A DNA stretch of 35,850 nucleotides from positions 1 through 35,850 of the forward strand of contig CAVYBH010000005.1 in the NCBI GenBank assembly GCA_963766715.1, written 5' to 3'. Origin of the DNA: an uncultured delta proteobacterium (GTDB lineage Bacteria; Myxococcota; Myxococcia; Myxococcales; Anaeromyxobacteraceae). Below, in pieces: positions 1 through 11,835 of this stretch. How positions within the stretch are numbered: the first letter of the stretch is position 1; every line of letters begins with the position of its first letter. The notes under the pieces are model-generated. The model saw only the letters and a program-made list of their open reading frames with translations. It made no database searches and was not told the origin of the DNA. The position numbers and the translations under genes were made by a program.

Positions 1-656
1 ATGGCGAGGATCACGCCGAGGAGGACCCCGGCCTTCTGGATGGGCGGCGTCCAGAGAGGGTGCCGGAAGCCGAGCGACTGCCACAGCGAGTACAGGCCGT
101 GGGACAGGTGCAGGCCGAGTCCGATGATCGAGATGCCGTAGAAGACCACCTTCCCGACGCTGCGGAAGGTGTTCACCAGGTTGAGGTAGGCGTCGTTGTG
201 CACGAATCCGGAGTGCACGAGCGCCGCGCCGACCGTCAGGTCGAGCAGGTGGTAGACGACGAAGGCCAGCGTGAGCAGGCCCGTCCAGATCATCGTCTTC
301 GAGGAGATCGTGGCCGGATTGGCGAGCGGCACCCGGTACGGCTGGGGACGCGCCGCGCGGGCCCGGAGGTAGAGCTGGATCCCGGCCGTGGCGTGCAGCA
401 CCAGGGCCGTGAGCATGACGAGGCGGACCGTCCAGAGCAGGCCCTTGGCGCTCTGGAGGAGCTCGGCATAGCCGTTGAATTTCGCCGCGCCCTGGAACGC
501 CTGCAAGTTGCCGAGCAGGTGGCCGACGATGAAGAGGAAGAGGAGGACTCCGGTCACGGCCGAGACGAACTTCTTCCCGACCTGGCTTTGCCAGAAGACG
601 GCAAGGCGCGAAACCTTGACCGGGGCTGCAGTGCTGGTGGTAGCGACGCTCATCAT
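1..656 (-). CDS. sdhC: Succinate dehydrogenase/fumarate reductase cytochrome b558 subunit (partial; 3' end runs off the window)
   Basis: Manual minus-strand translation gives MMSVATT...QVGKKFVSAVTGVLLFLFIVGHLLGNLQAF...VLHATAGI...AFVVYHLLDLT...GLGLHLSHGLYSLWQSLG: several TM helices with the heme-ligand His residues typical of b558 SdhC. GAGGGG SD upstream. Start could be 653, 656 or 659. Absent from the ORF track because there is no stop in the window. Confidence 0.9.
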   Translation of the reverse strand, partial: MMSVATTSTAAPVKVSRLAVFWQSQVGKKFVSAVTGVLLFLFIVGHLLGNLQAFQGAAKFNGYAELLQSAKGLLWTVRLVMLTALVLHATAGIQLYLRARAARPQPYRVPLANPATISSKTMIWTGLLTLAFVVYHLLDLTVGAALVHSGFVHNDAYLNLVNTFRSVGKVVFYGISIIGLGLHLSHGLYSLWQSLGFRHPLWTPPIQKAGVLLGVILA

Positions 657-750
657 CACCCCTCGAGGGCTGAAGGTGTCACCGACCAGGTCCCGATCCG
701 CCGGACGGCGGAGGTTGCGTGGGGCTCGGGCCTGGGCAATTGGGGTCGCG

Positions 751-779
751 ATTCTACGCAGGCGACCCTGGGTGGGGAA
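751..779 (-). promoter_or_regulatory. Candidate sigma70 promoter for sdhC
   Basis: Minus-strand TAGAAT (756-751) with a weak -35 (TTCCCC) 17 bp upstream, in a relatively AT-rich divergent intergenic region. Confidence 0.35.
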
Positions 780-895
780 GCAGATTTGCGCCTATTTATA
801 GGGGACGGGATTGGTCTGTTATCGGACAGTGAATGACGCGCCGTTCCATGAAATGGCGCTCCCGCGCCCGGCCCCGGAAAGCTAGATTCCGAGGG

Positions 896-1477
896 GTGAA
901 AAACGTCTGCGTCTTCTGCGGCTCCGCTCCGGGTCGTCGTCCCGCCTATGCCCGCGCCGCCCGGCAGCTCGGCTCCGCCCTGGCCGAGCGGGACCTCGGC
1001 CTCGTCTATGGTGGGGGCAGCATCGGGCTCATGGGCATCGTGGCCGATGCGGCGCTGGCCGGAGGGGCCCAGGTGCTGGGGGTCATCCCCCGCGCGCTGG
1101 CCCGGCGCGAGATCGCGCACCACGGCCTCACCCGGCTCGAGGTGGTGCCGACCATGCACGCGAGGAAGGCGCGGATGGCCAAGCTCTCCGACGCCTTCCT
1201 GGCCATGCCCGGGGGCATCGGCACGCTCGAGGAGCTCTTCGAGGTCCTCACCTGGGGCTACCTGGGGATCCACGCCAAGCCCACCGGCCTCCTCGACGTG
1301 GGGGGATACTGGCAGCCCCTCATCCGGCTGCTCGATCACGCCGTGGACGAGGGGTTCCTCCGCCCGGCCCACCGCAAGCTCGTGGTGGTGGATCGGAGCC
1401 CGGCGCGCCTGCTCGAGCGGCTGGCGCGCCACCGGGTTCCGGCGGCGACCCGCTGGATCGACGAGACGCAGACCTGA
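896..1477 (+). CDS. LOG-family (TIGR00730) nucleotide 5'-monophosphate nucleosidase / cytokinin riboside phosphoribohydrolase
   Basis: [24 protein letters not shown] and PGGIGTLEE motifs. GTG at 896 is in frame with ORF 833..1477 and matches the family N-terminus. Confidence 0.92.
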   Translation: MKNVCVFCGSAPGRRPAYARAARQLGSALAERDLGLVYGGGSIGLMGIVADAALAGGAQVLGVIPRALARREIAHHGLTRLEVVPTMHARKARMAKLSDAFLAMPGGIGTLEELFEVLTWGYLGIHAKPTGLLDVGGYWQPLIRLLDHAVDEGFLRPAHRKLVVVDRSPARLLERLARHRVPAATRWIDETQT

Positions 1478-1500
1478 CCCGGCGACGGGCCGAAGGCGCC

Positions 1501-4020
<2,520 letters not shown>

Positions 4021-4076
4021 CGCGGGTCATCCTTTACCACCGGCGTGCGGGGCGTGTACGCGCCCCGGTGGGAGCC

Positions 4077-4093
4077 TCCCGGCCGGGCCGGGA
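4077..4093 (-). terminator. GC hairpin just after the radical SAM gene stop (possible terminator or processing stem)
   Basis: TCCCGGC-CGG-GCCGGGA is a perfect 7-bp inverted repeat with no clear U-tract. Confidence 0.3.
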
Positions 4094-4094
4094 T

Positions 4095-5132
4095 TCACTC
4101 GCCGGGAAAGAGCGACAGCTGGGGCCGTCGCCGGCGGAAAGGCGACGGGGAGAGGGGGCGCGGGCCGTTCTCGAACCCGAGCCGGGCGCGGACCGCGTCG
4201 AAGAGCGCCCCGATGGAGCGGGCGTGCTCCCCCTCGCCGCGCCCCCGGACGCCGAAGCGCGCGTCGTAGAGCTTCCCGTCGCGGGTCTCCCGGATCCGGT
4301 GCAGCACGCGCTCGGCCCGCTCCGGGAGCGTGGCGCGAAGCCGCTCCTCGAAGACCGCCTTCACCGACCCCGGCAGCCGGAGGAGCTGCCAGTGGGCGCG
4401 CGTCGCCCCGGCGTCGCGGGCTGCCGCGAGGACGCGGGGGATCTCCTCGTCGTTCAGGCCCGGGATGACCGGAGCCACGTTGACGGCCACCGGGATGCCG
4501 GCCGAGGCGAGCCGCTCGATGGTGCGCAGCCTCCGCTCCGGCGAGGCGGCCCAGGGCTCCATCGCGCGGGCCCGGACGGCGTCGAGGAAGGGCAGGGTGA
4601 CGCTGGCGGTCGCGGCGCCGATCGCCGCCAGGGCGGAGAGGAGGTCGACGTCGCGCTCGACGAGCGGCGCCTTGGTCACCACCATCACGGGATTGCGGTA
4701 CTCGGCGCAGGCCTCCAGGCATCCGCGGGTGAGGCGCAGGGAGGCCTCGAGCGGCTGCCAGGCGTCGGTGGCGCCGGAGAAGGCGATGGTCTCCCCGGTC
4801 CAGGACGCCCGATCGAAGGCCCGGCGGAGCAGCTCCGGCGCCCGCAGCTTGGCGACGATGCGGGTGTCGAAGTCGGTCCCGGCGCCGAACCCCAGGTACT
4901 CGTGGGTGGGCCGCGCGTAGCAGTAGGCGCAGGCGTGGGCGCAGCCCCGGTAGGGGTTGACACTGTAGGTGAACGGGATGTCCGGGCTGTCGTTGCGCGA
5001 CAGGATCTCGCGGGTGGCGTCGGCGTAGACGTGGGGCAGGGCGGGCGGCGGCTCGCCGAGCCAGTCGACGGTGGCGGCGTCCCAGGGGTTGGGCGGGTTG
5101 GAGACGGGACGGGGGGACACGGGTGTCCCCAT
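4095..5132 (-). CDS. PA0069/Rv2578c-family radical SAM protein (spore photoproduct lyase-like)
   Basis: NDSPDIPFTYSVNPYRGCAHACAYCYARPTHEYLG contains CxxxCxxC; also SGATDAWQPLE, VTK and APVIPGLND. The start may be the GTG at ~5120. Confidence 0.9.
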   Translation of the reverse strand: MGTPVSPRPVSNPPNPWDAATVDWLGEPPPALPHVYADATREILSRNDSPDIPFTYSVNPYRGCAHACAYCYARPTHEYLGFGAGTDFDTRIVAKLRAPELLRRAFDRASWTGETIAFSGATDAWQPLEASLRLTRGCLEACAEYRNPVMVVTKAPLVERDVDLLSALAAIGAATASVTLPFLDAVRARAMEPWAASPERRLRTIERLASAGIPVAVNVAPVIPGLNDEEIPRVLAAARDAGATRAHWQLLRLPGSVKAVFEERLRATLPERAERVLHRIRETRDGKLYDARFGVRGRGEGEHARSIGALFDAVRARLGFENGPRPLSPSPFRRRRPQLSLFPGE

Positions 5133-5427
5133 ATCCGCGCCGGGCCCCCAATCAAGTCATCGGAGCGCCCGGATGGGCCGGACCGGGCGGGGCGTCGATG
5201 CCCGCGGCCGGGTCGCCCTTCCCGTGACGTACGGTCAGTAAATCCTCCTGATTCCCGATTCGTGGTCCGGTGCGGTCGGGATCGATCGGGGAGACCCGTG
5301 CAGGTGTCGTGCAACATGGCACCCGTGCGCGTGGGACTGTCGAGCCCCCCGTTCGTTCGTACGGTTCTTCGCGTAGCTGCGGTGCGGGTCGCGGTGGACG
5401 ATGGTCGAAAGTCTCCGGGGGGAGACC

Positions 5428-5595
5428 ATGCACGAGGACACGCTGGCGCTCTGGCTCGACGGTGGAGCCGCGCTCGTGAGGTGCACGCTCCTCCTGCTCT
5501 TCGTGATCGTCGCGTGCGTGATCGCGCTCGCCGTCCTCGGCAAGGCCTCCGAGTCGAAGGTCCACCCCGCCGCGCGGAGGGCCGCGCTGCGATGA
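5428..5595 (+). CDS. Small Flp-pilin-like protein with a degenerate processing motif (G|AALVRC)
   Basis: GGGGGAG SD. MHEDTLALWLDGG|AALVRCTLLLLFVIVACVIALAVLGKASESK aligns by eye to the Flp pattern but has RC in place of EY. It lies directly upstream of flp. Confidence 0.5.
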   Translation: MHEDTLALWLDGGAALVRCTLLLLFVIVACVIALAVLGKASESKVHPAARRAALR

Positions 5596-5705
5596 GGCCG
5601 GCCCGCGCCACTCGATCTTCAACCCTGGTGAGCGGGGCGCTCACCTGTCCCGCCGGCGTGTCGAAAGCGCCCGGCACGTCTGCAAGCAACCCAACGGAGG
5701 AAGCC

Positions 5706-5884
5706 ATGAAGAACCTGTTCGTGAAGCTGATGAAGGACGAGAGCGGCGCCAGCCTGATCGAGTACGTGCTCATCGCCGGACTGATCAGCATCGCGGGCTG
5801 GGCGCTCATGCAGACCATCGGCGGCGACCTGGTCGACGATCCTCGACCACGACGAACACCGCCACCGGCGCCGCGGCAGGGTAG
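5706..5884 (+). CDS. flp: Flp/Fap major pilin (apparent indel(s) near the 3' end)
   Basis: GGAGG SD; MKNLFVKLMKDESG|ASLIEYVLIAGLISIAGWALMQTIGGDL carries the canonical G|xxxxEY Flp motif. A net +2 shift near 5832-5846 restores ...TTTNTATGAAAG* ending at TAG 5882-5884. Confidence 0.88.
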
Positions 5885-5897
5885 CCACAGTTTCGGT

Positions 5898-5937
5898 GGA
5901 CGGGTGTCGACCTCGCGAGGGGATGCGACACCCGTCC
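5898..5937 (+). terminator. Strong stem-loop between flp and cpaA (attenuator or mRNA-stabilising hairpin)
   Basis: GGACGGGTGTCG (5898-5909) and CGACACCCGTCC (5926-5937) form a perfect 12-bp inverted repeat with an inner CCTCGCGAGG palindrome. No U-tract follows. Confidence 0.65.
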
Positions 5938-5956
5938 GGCGCGGGACGATCGCGAC

Positions 5957-6454
5957 ATGGTCACGCAGGCACACCACCTGGCCATCCTGGGCGTCTTCCT
6001 CGCCATCGCCTGCGCGAGCGACGTCGCGCAGCGGCGCGTGCCGAACGCCGTCGTCCTTCCCCTCGCGGTCGCCGGGCTCGCGGCGCAGTGGGTGTCCGGC
6101 GGACCGTGGGCGCTCCTCTGGGGCGCGGCGGCGGGCCTCGGCGTCCTCGCCCTGCTCGTGGTTCCCTGGGCGCTCGGGAAGGTCGGCGGTGGCGACGTGA
6201 AGCTCGCCGCGGCGGCGGCCACGTGGCTCGGCCCGGCGCGACTGCCCGGGTTCCTGGTGGTCGCGGGACTCGCCTCGGCCGCCGTCGGGATCGCCGTCCA
6301 CGTCGCCTATCGCGTCAGGTTGCAGCGGATGGTCCAGGCGCCAGCCGGCACCGCCGCCTCGCTCGACACGACCGTGGTCCGGCGAGGGACCGTTCCGGTC
6401 GCGATCGCGGTGGCCGCGGCCACCTTCGTCGCCCTCCTGGGGAGCAAGCCATGA
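5957..6454 (+). CDS. cpaA: Flp prepilin peptidase (A24 family, CpaA/TadV)
   Basis: Two catalytic Asp motifs, ACASDVAQRRVPN and GGGDVKL; hydrophobic; 165 aa with no N-terminal Zn/methylase domain. Confidence 0.88.
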   Translation: MVTQAHHLAILGVFLAIACASDVAQRRVPNAVVLPLAVAGLAAQWVSGGPWALLWGAAAGLGVLALLVVPWALGKVGGGDVKLAAAAATWLGPARLPGFLVVAGLASAAVGIAVHVAYRVRLQRMVQAPAGTAASLDTTVVRRGTVPVAIAVAAATFVALLGSKP

Positions 6455-6888
6455 CCCTTCGCCGTCGCCGCGGCGCCCGCGGAGCCGCCCTCATCGAGTT
6501 CGTGCTCGTGCTCCCGCTGTTCCTCACCATCCTGCTCGGGGTGATCGACTGGGGCTGGTACTTCGTGGTCCGGGAGATCGCCATCAACGCGACGCGCGAG
6601 GGGGCGCGGGTCGGATTGGTGGCGGCGAGCCCGGGGGCCGCGGCGGCCGACGCCAGCGCGGCCGCGCAGAACTACCTGCGGAACGCCCTCGGGAACGCCT
6701 ACGCCGCCACGCCCGCCGTGGACTCGACCGGATGCACCGTCGCCACCTACCGCTGCATCTCGGTGACGCTCGCGAACTTCCGGCCCGTGCCCGGAGCGAA
6801 CCGATCGATCACCGGCCTGCAGGCCTGGACGCGCGTCCCCACCGCATTCACGGTCCGCACCGACATGCGACTCGAGGTCCAGCCCTAG
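6451..6888 (+). CDS. tadE: TadE/TadF-like minor pilin
   Basis: ATGA overlap with the cpaA stop; MTLRRRRGARG|AALIEFVLVLPLFLTILLGVIDWG...NATREGAR is the TadE pattern. Confidence 0.88.
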   Translation: MTLRRRRGARGAALIEFVLVLPLFLTILLGVIDWGWYFVVREIAINATREGARVGLVAASPGAAAADASAAAQNYLRNALGNAYAATPAVDSTGCTVATYRCISVTLANFRPVPGANRSITGLQAWTRVPTAFTVRTDMRLEVQP

Positions 6889-6933
6889 CCAGCCACGACG
6901 AAGAACGGGATCCACCCACCGGAAGGATCGACA

Positions 6934-7871
6934 ATGGCCGACAGCAAGGATCTCACCGCAGCACTCCACAAGGCCGCAGAGAAGAAGGCGCGCCACGGCG
7001 CCTTCCGCGCGGCGCTCTTCCTGGTCCTCGCCCTGGTGGCCGCCGTCGGGTCGGCCGTCCTGCTGACGCGCTACATGGAGGCGCGCACCGCCGCGGCCCG
7101 CGTCCCCACGGTGAAGGTCGTGGTGGCCGCCGTGCACCTGCCGGCCGGCTCCGAGATCCGGGCGGAGAACCTGCAGGCCATCGACTGGCCCGTCGCCAGC
7201 CGGCCGGAGGGGACGTTCGAGGACCCCGCGCTGCTGGAGGGCAAGGTCGTCTCGGCCTCGGTGGCGAAGGGGGAGGCGATCCTCCCGGCGAGGCTGGCCG
7301 GGAGCGACGCGGGAGCCGGCCTCGCCGCGCTCCTGCCGCCCGGGATGCGCGCCGTCGCCGTGCGCGTGGACGACGTCGTCGGCGTGGCCGGGTTCCTCCA
7401 CCCCGGCGACAGCGTGGACGTCATCGCCACGCTCCGCGGGGACGGCAACCAGAACCAGACCTCCTCGAAGGTCATCCTCCAGAACATCAAGGTGCTCGCG
7501 GTGGGCAAGGAGCTCGACCACCACGGGAAGGCCTCCGAGAAGGCGGTCCAGGCCACGGTGGCCACCCTGATGGTGGACGCGGAGCAGTCGGAGCGGCTCG
7601 CGCTGGCCGCGGCGCAGGGAAAGATCCTGCTCACGCTGCGCGGAGGGGGAGACGTGGAGATCGTGGCCACGAAGGGGATCACGCCCACGGTCCTGCTGGC
7701 CGGGAGCGAGCCGGCCCCTGCCCGTCGTGCGGAAGCGCGTGGCCCGCGCTCCGGCGCGCGTGGAGCCGGCGGAGGCGCCGAAGACGCGAGGTGGTGGAGA
7801 TCCTTCGCGGCGACCTCTTCGAGCGCCGCGACTTCGCGAAGCGGGAAGCGACCAAGGAGGGGCGTAGATGA
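6934..7871 (+). CDS. cpaB: Flp pilus assembly protein CpaB/RcpC (apparent frameshift at ~7710-7790)
   Basis: N-terminal TM, SAF domain (VVVAAVHLPAGSEI), PGMRAVAVRVDDVVGVAGFLHPGDSVDV and ILQNIKVLAVG. The C-terminus VVEILRGDLFERRDF...* is in another frame and ends at 7871, overlapping the cpaC start. Confidence 0.88.
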
Positions 7872-9319
7872 GCGCGCTTCGCGCAGTGGGCGTCCTCGCC
7901 GTCTCGATGCTCCTCCCCGCGGTCGCCATGGCCCAGGCCGGCTCGGCGCCGCTGGCGACGAGCCTTCGCGTGGACCGCGAGCTCGGCGCGGTGAGGGAGA
8001 TGGCCCTCGAGGCGGGCCAGAACCGCCTCCTCCTGCTCTCCGAGCAGATCGTGCGCGTCGCGGTCGCGGATCCCGACCGTCGCCGACCTCAAGGTGGTGA
8101 CGCCGACCCAGGTGCTGCTCACGGCGAAGGGCGCGGGCACGACGGACCTCACCCTCTGGAACCGGGACAACCAGCCGCTCGTCATCGCGCTGCAGGTCGC
8201 GCGCAACGTCGAGCCGCTCCGGAAGCAGCTGAAGGAGCTCTTCCCCTCCGACAAGGTGCTGGTCAGCTCGGCCGGGGAGCTGGTGGTGCTCTCCGGCGAG
8301 GTCTCCGACATGCGGGTCCCGGAGCGGATGGGGGAGCTGGCGCGGCTTCACGCCAAGCAGGTGGCGAACCTGATCACGGTGGGTGGAACGCACCAGGTCC
8401 AGCTGCAGGTGCGCTTCGCCGAGGTCTCCCGGACCGGGTTGAAGGAGATCGGCGTGAACCTCTTCGGAGGCTCGAAGAACGGGGCCCAGGTCGGCGGGAT
8501 GGTGGGACCCAACAACGGCCTGGGGACCTTCCTGAACGGGAACCTCGCCGTGCCGGGCACGGGCGGGGCGGGCCAGCCGCCGGTCTTCCCGAGCGCGCCC
8601 CTCGGCCAGACCTTCCAGCTCTTCTTCGGGTCGGCCACGCCGTTCCCGTTCAACGTCACGCTGAGCCTCCTGGAGTCGAACGGGCTCGCGAAGACGCTCG
8701 CCGAGCCCACGCTCGCCACCCTGAGCGGCCAGGAGGCGCGGTTCCTGGCCGGCGGCGAGCTGCCGGTCCCGCTCTCCTCGGCCCTGGGCGCACTCAACGT
8801 CACCTGGAAGAAGTTCGGGATCCAGCTCGGGTTCACGCCCACCGTGCTCGACCCGGGAACCATCAGCCTCAAGGTGTCGACCGAGGTGAGCGACATCGAC
8901 CCGACCATCGGCGTCCAGGCGCAGGGATCTTCATCCCCGGCCTGGTGTCCCGGCAGGCGGAGACCACCGTCCGGCTCGGCGACGGCCAGAGCTTCGCCAT
9001 CGCCGGCCTCATGTCCGACAAGGTCCGGTCCACCATCGACAAGGTCCCCGGCCTGGGCAGCATCCCCATCCTCGGGGCGCTCTTCCGCTCCAGCAAGTAC
9101 CAGCGGCAGGAGACCGAGCTGCTCGTCGTCATCACGGTCCACCTGGTGAAGCCGGTCGCCCCGCACCAGGTGCAGCCCCTGCCGACCGACTTCGAGGGCA
9201 ACGAGCCGGACGCCTCCGCCTTCTTCCTCCTGGGGATGGAGGAGGCGGGGAAGCCCAAGCGCGACCCGGAAGCACCCACCCAGCGTGGACCCACGGGCCC
9301 CGGGGGATTCGCGCCGTAG
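7868..9319 (+). CDS. cpaC: Tad secretin CpaC/RcpA (two compensating frameshifts at ~8076 and ~8922)
   Basis: Signal peptide plus RVAVADP (N domain). The middle is in frame 8094 (QVQLQVRFAEVSR, LAEPTLATLSGQEARFLAGGELPVP, KKFGIQLGFTP). The C-terminus RQAETTVRLGDGQSFAIAGL...KVPGLGSIPILGALFRS...ETELLVVIT returns to the first frame. Confidence 0.9.
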   Translation: MSALRAVGVLAVSMLLPAVAMAQAGSAPLATSLRVDRELGAVREMALEAGQNRLLLLSEQIVRVAVADPDRRRPQGGDADPGAAHGEGRGHDGPHPLEPGQPAARHRAAGRAQRRAAPEAAEGALPLRQGAGQLGRGAGGALRRGLRHAGPGADGGAGAASRQAGGEPDHGGWNAPGPAAGALRRGLPDRVEGDRREPLRRLEERGPGRRDGGTQQRPGDLPEREPRRAGHGRGGPAAGLPERAPRPDLPALLRVGHAVPVQRHAEPPGVERAREDARRAHARHPERPGGAVPGRRRAAGPALLGPGRTQRHLEEVRDPARVHAHRARPGNHQPQGVDRGERHRPDHRRPGAGIFIPGLVSRQAETTVRLGDGQSFAIAGLMSDKVRSTIDKVPGLGSIPILGALFRSSKYQRQETELLVVITVHLVKPVAPHQVQPLPTDFEGNEPDASAFFLLGMEEAGKPKRDPEAPTQRGPTGPGGFAP

Positions 9320-9335
9320 GCGCGGGGAGAACGCC

Positions 9336-10503
9336 ATGGACAAGGGAAACGTGCTGCTCGTGGGGATGCCTGGCGGGGTCGAGCCGGCGGTGACCGAGGC
9401 CCTGGGTGCCCAGCAGGCCGTGACCGCCTTGCAGGACGCGGCCACGGCGCGCGCGCTGGCCCAGGAGGACGCGACCCGCCGCGGCCGCCGTGGCCCTCGG
9501 CGAGCCGCCGTCGACCGAGCCGCTCGAGCTGGTGAAGGAGCTCGCCGCGATGGGCGTTCCCGTCCTGGCGGTCGGACCCCGGAAGGATGCGGACCTGATC
9601 CTCGGCGCCATGCGCGCCGGCGCGCGGGAGTTCCTGGCCGGCCCGGACGAGGCGGAGGTGGGGAGCCGGCTGCGCGCCATCCTGGAGGCCGCGGGCGTCC
9701 TGCGCATCGGGCAGGTCACGGCGCTCTTCCCGGCGAAGGGCGGCATGGGGGCGACGACGCTCGCCACGCACCTGGCCGGCGCGCTCGCCCGCGTGGGGCG
9801 TCGCGCCTGCATCGTCGACGTCGACCTCGAGCTCGGCGACGTGCTGGCCTTCCTGGACATGCGGGGCGGCTACTCGCTGGCGGACGTGGCCTCCAACGTC
9901 CAGCGACTGGACCGCGAGCTGCTCGACGCGTCCGTGCCGCGCCACGCGTCGGGGGCCTGGGTGCTCTCCCAGGCGGAGAAGCCCGGCTCGGCGGAGTCCA
10001 TGGATCCGGGAAGCGTCACCCGGGTGCTGCGCTTCCTGCGGCAGCAGTACGACGAGCTCGTCGTGGACGGCCTGCGCGACTTCGGCGACGTGTCGCTCGC
10101 CGCGCTCGACCTCGCCGACCGGATCCTGCTCGTGGTCACCCAGGAGGTCCCCGCCGTGCGCAACGCCCGGCGCTGCGTCGACATCTTCCGGCAGCTCGAC
10201 TACGACCTCGACCGCGTGCTCGTGGTGGTGAATCGGTACCACCGGAGCTCCCCCATCACGCGGGAGGTCATCGAGGAGACGGTCGGCCTGCCGGTGGCGG
10301 CGCTGGTCGGGAACGACTTCCAGGCCCTCTCCCGGGCCGTGAACCGCGGCGTCCTCCTGTGGGACGAGGCCCCCCGCTCGGTGGTCGCGCGCGACGTGGA
10401 GGCGCTCGCGAAGATCCTGGGTCCAGCGGCTCCGCCGGCCAGCCGGGGCTCGTTCCTCCAGAAGCTGTTCCCGGCGAAGGGGAAGCTCCATGGGGCTTAC
10501 TGA
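9336..10503 (+). CDS. cpaE: CpaE/TadZ pilus localisation ATPase (receiver-like plus MinD/ParA domain; frameshift at ~9475)
   Basis: GGGGAG SD; ILGAMRAGAREFL (pseudo-receiver), deviant Walker A KGGMGATTLA, VDVDLELGD and VVVNRY. Confidence 0.87.
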
Positions 10504-11827
10504 GCGACTGCGCCAGCGAGGCAACGGGGCGGGCGGGCCCGCGCCGGCGTCCGGCATCGCCGTCCAGGCCTTCCAGGATCTCAAGACCGACCTCCACCGG
10601 AAGGTGGTGGACAGCCTCGATCTCGAAGACCCTGGAGAAGCTCCCGCCGGAGCGGCTGCGCGAGCAGCTGCGGACGGTGCTGGCCCCGGTCCTGAGCGGG
10701 ACCGACGTGCCGCTGAACGTGAGCGAGCGGGAGCAGATGGTCCAGGACCTCCTGGACGAGCTGACGGGGCTCGGTCCGCTCGAGCCGCTGCTCCGGGACG
10801 GGAGCATCTCGGACATCCTGGTGAACACCTTCTCCACGGTCTACGTGGAGCGCGGCGGCAAGCTCGAGCTCACCGCCGTGCGATTCACCGACGACGATCA
10901 CCTGCTGCGCATCATCAACCGCATCGTCGCCCGGGTCGGCCGCCGCGTCGACGAGTCGTCGCCCATGGTCGACGCCCGGCTTGCCGGACGGGTCGCGCGT
11001 GAACGCCATCATCCCGCCGCTCGCGATCGACGGCCCCGTCCTCTCCATCCGCCGCTTCGGCACGTCCCCGCTCAAGGCCAAGGACCTCATCGCGCTCGGG
11101 ACGCTCTCCCCGGACTGCCTGGCCTTCCTGGCCGCCTGCGTGAAGGCGAAGCTGAACATCCTCATCAGCGGGGGCACCGGCACCGGCAAGACCACCATGC
11201 TGAACGCGCTCTCGGCCTTCATCCCGGGGGAGAGCGGATCGTCACCATCGAGGACTCCGCCGAGCTCCAGCTCCAGCAGCGGCACGTCGTCCGCCTGGAG
11301 ACCCGGCCGCCCAACATCGAGGGGGAGGGGGCAGATCGTGGCGCGGGACCTGGTGCGCAACTGCCTGCGCATGCGCCCCGACCGGATCATCGTCGGCGAG
11401 GTCCGGAGCGAGGAGGTGCTCGACATGCTCCAGGCGATGAACACCGGCCACGAGGGCTCGATGACCACCATCCACGCCAACTCCTCGCGCGACGCGCTCG
11501 CGCGCATGGAGGCGATGGTGGGCATGAGCGGCGTCAACCTGTCGGACGCCTACATCCGCCAGACCATCGCCCGGGCGCTGAACCTCATCATCCAGCTGGC
11601 CCGCGGCTCGGATGGCCGGCGACGGGTGGTCAGCGTCGCGGAGATCACCGGGACCGAGGGGCCCACCATCGTGATGCAGGAGATCTACCGCTTCGACCAG
11701 CACGGGGTCGATGCCTCCGGCCACGTGCTCGGCGAGTTCGCGCGCCACCGGGATCCGCCCTCGCCTGATGGACCGCATCGAGCGGGCAGGCGTCGAGGTG
11801 GAGCGGTCCGCGGGAGCCACGGCCTAG
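10490..11827 (+). CDS. cpaF: CpaF/TadA pilus assembly ATPase (five apparent frameshifts)
   Basis: Reconstructed across frames: [45 protein letters not shown], Walker [50 protein letters not shown], ending [12 protein letters not shown]...*. Shifts near 10625, 10981, 11226, 11325 and 11742. Confidence 0.92.
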
Positions 11828-11835
11828 GAGCCACG

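Noticed and set aside
816..829. LexA/SOS box
   Set aside because: The CTGT-ACAG spacer is 6 nt rather than 8, and the flanking genes are not SOS genes.
5317..5330. Sigma54 promoter (TGGCAC...) upstream of the Tad operon
   Set aside because: The GG-to-GC spacing is 9 rather than 10 nt, and there is no TTGC.
5640..5700. Possible c-di-GMP-I riboswitch before flp (TCGAAAG...GCAAGC)
   Set aside because: It lacks the GGCAAAC/GACGCAAAGC core and the receptor stem as far as I can see. An Rfam RF01051 scan would settle it.
8076..8925. Compensating +1/-1 shifts in cpaC as programmed frameshifting or a dual-coding region
   Set aside because: There is no slippery heptamer, the alternative-frame peptide looks like noise, and the same kind of indel occurs throughout the operon.
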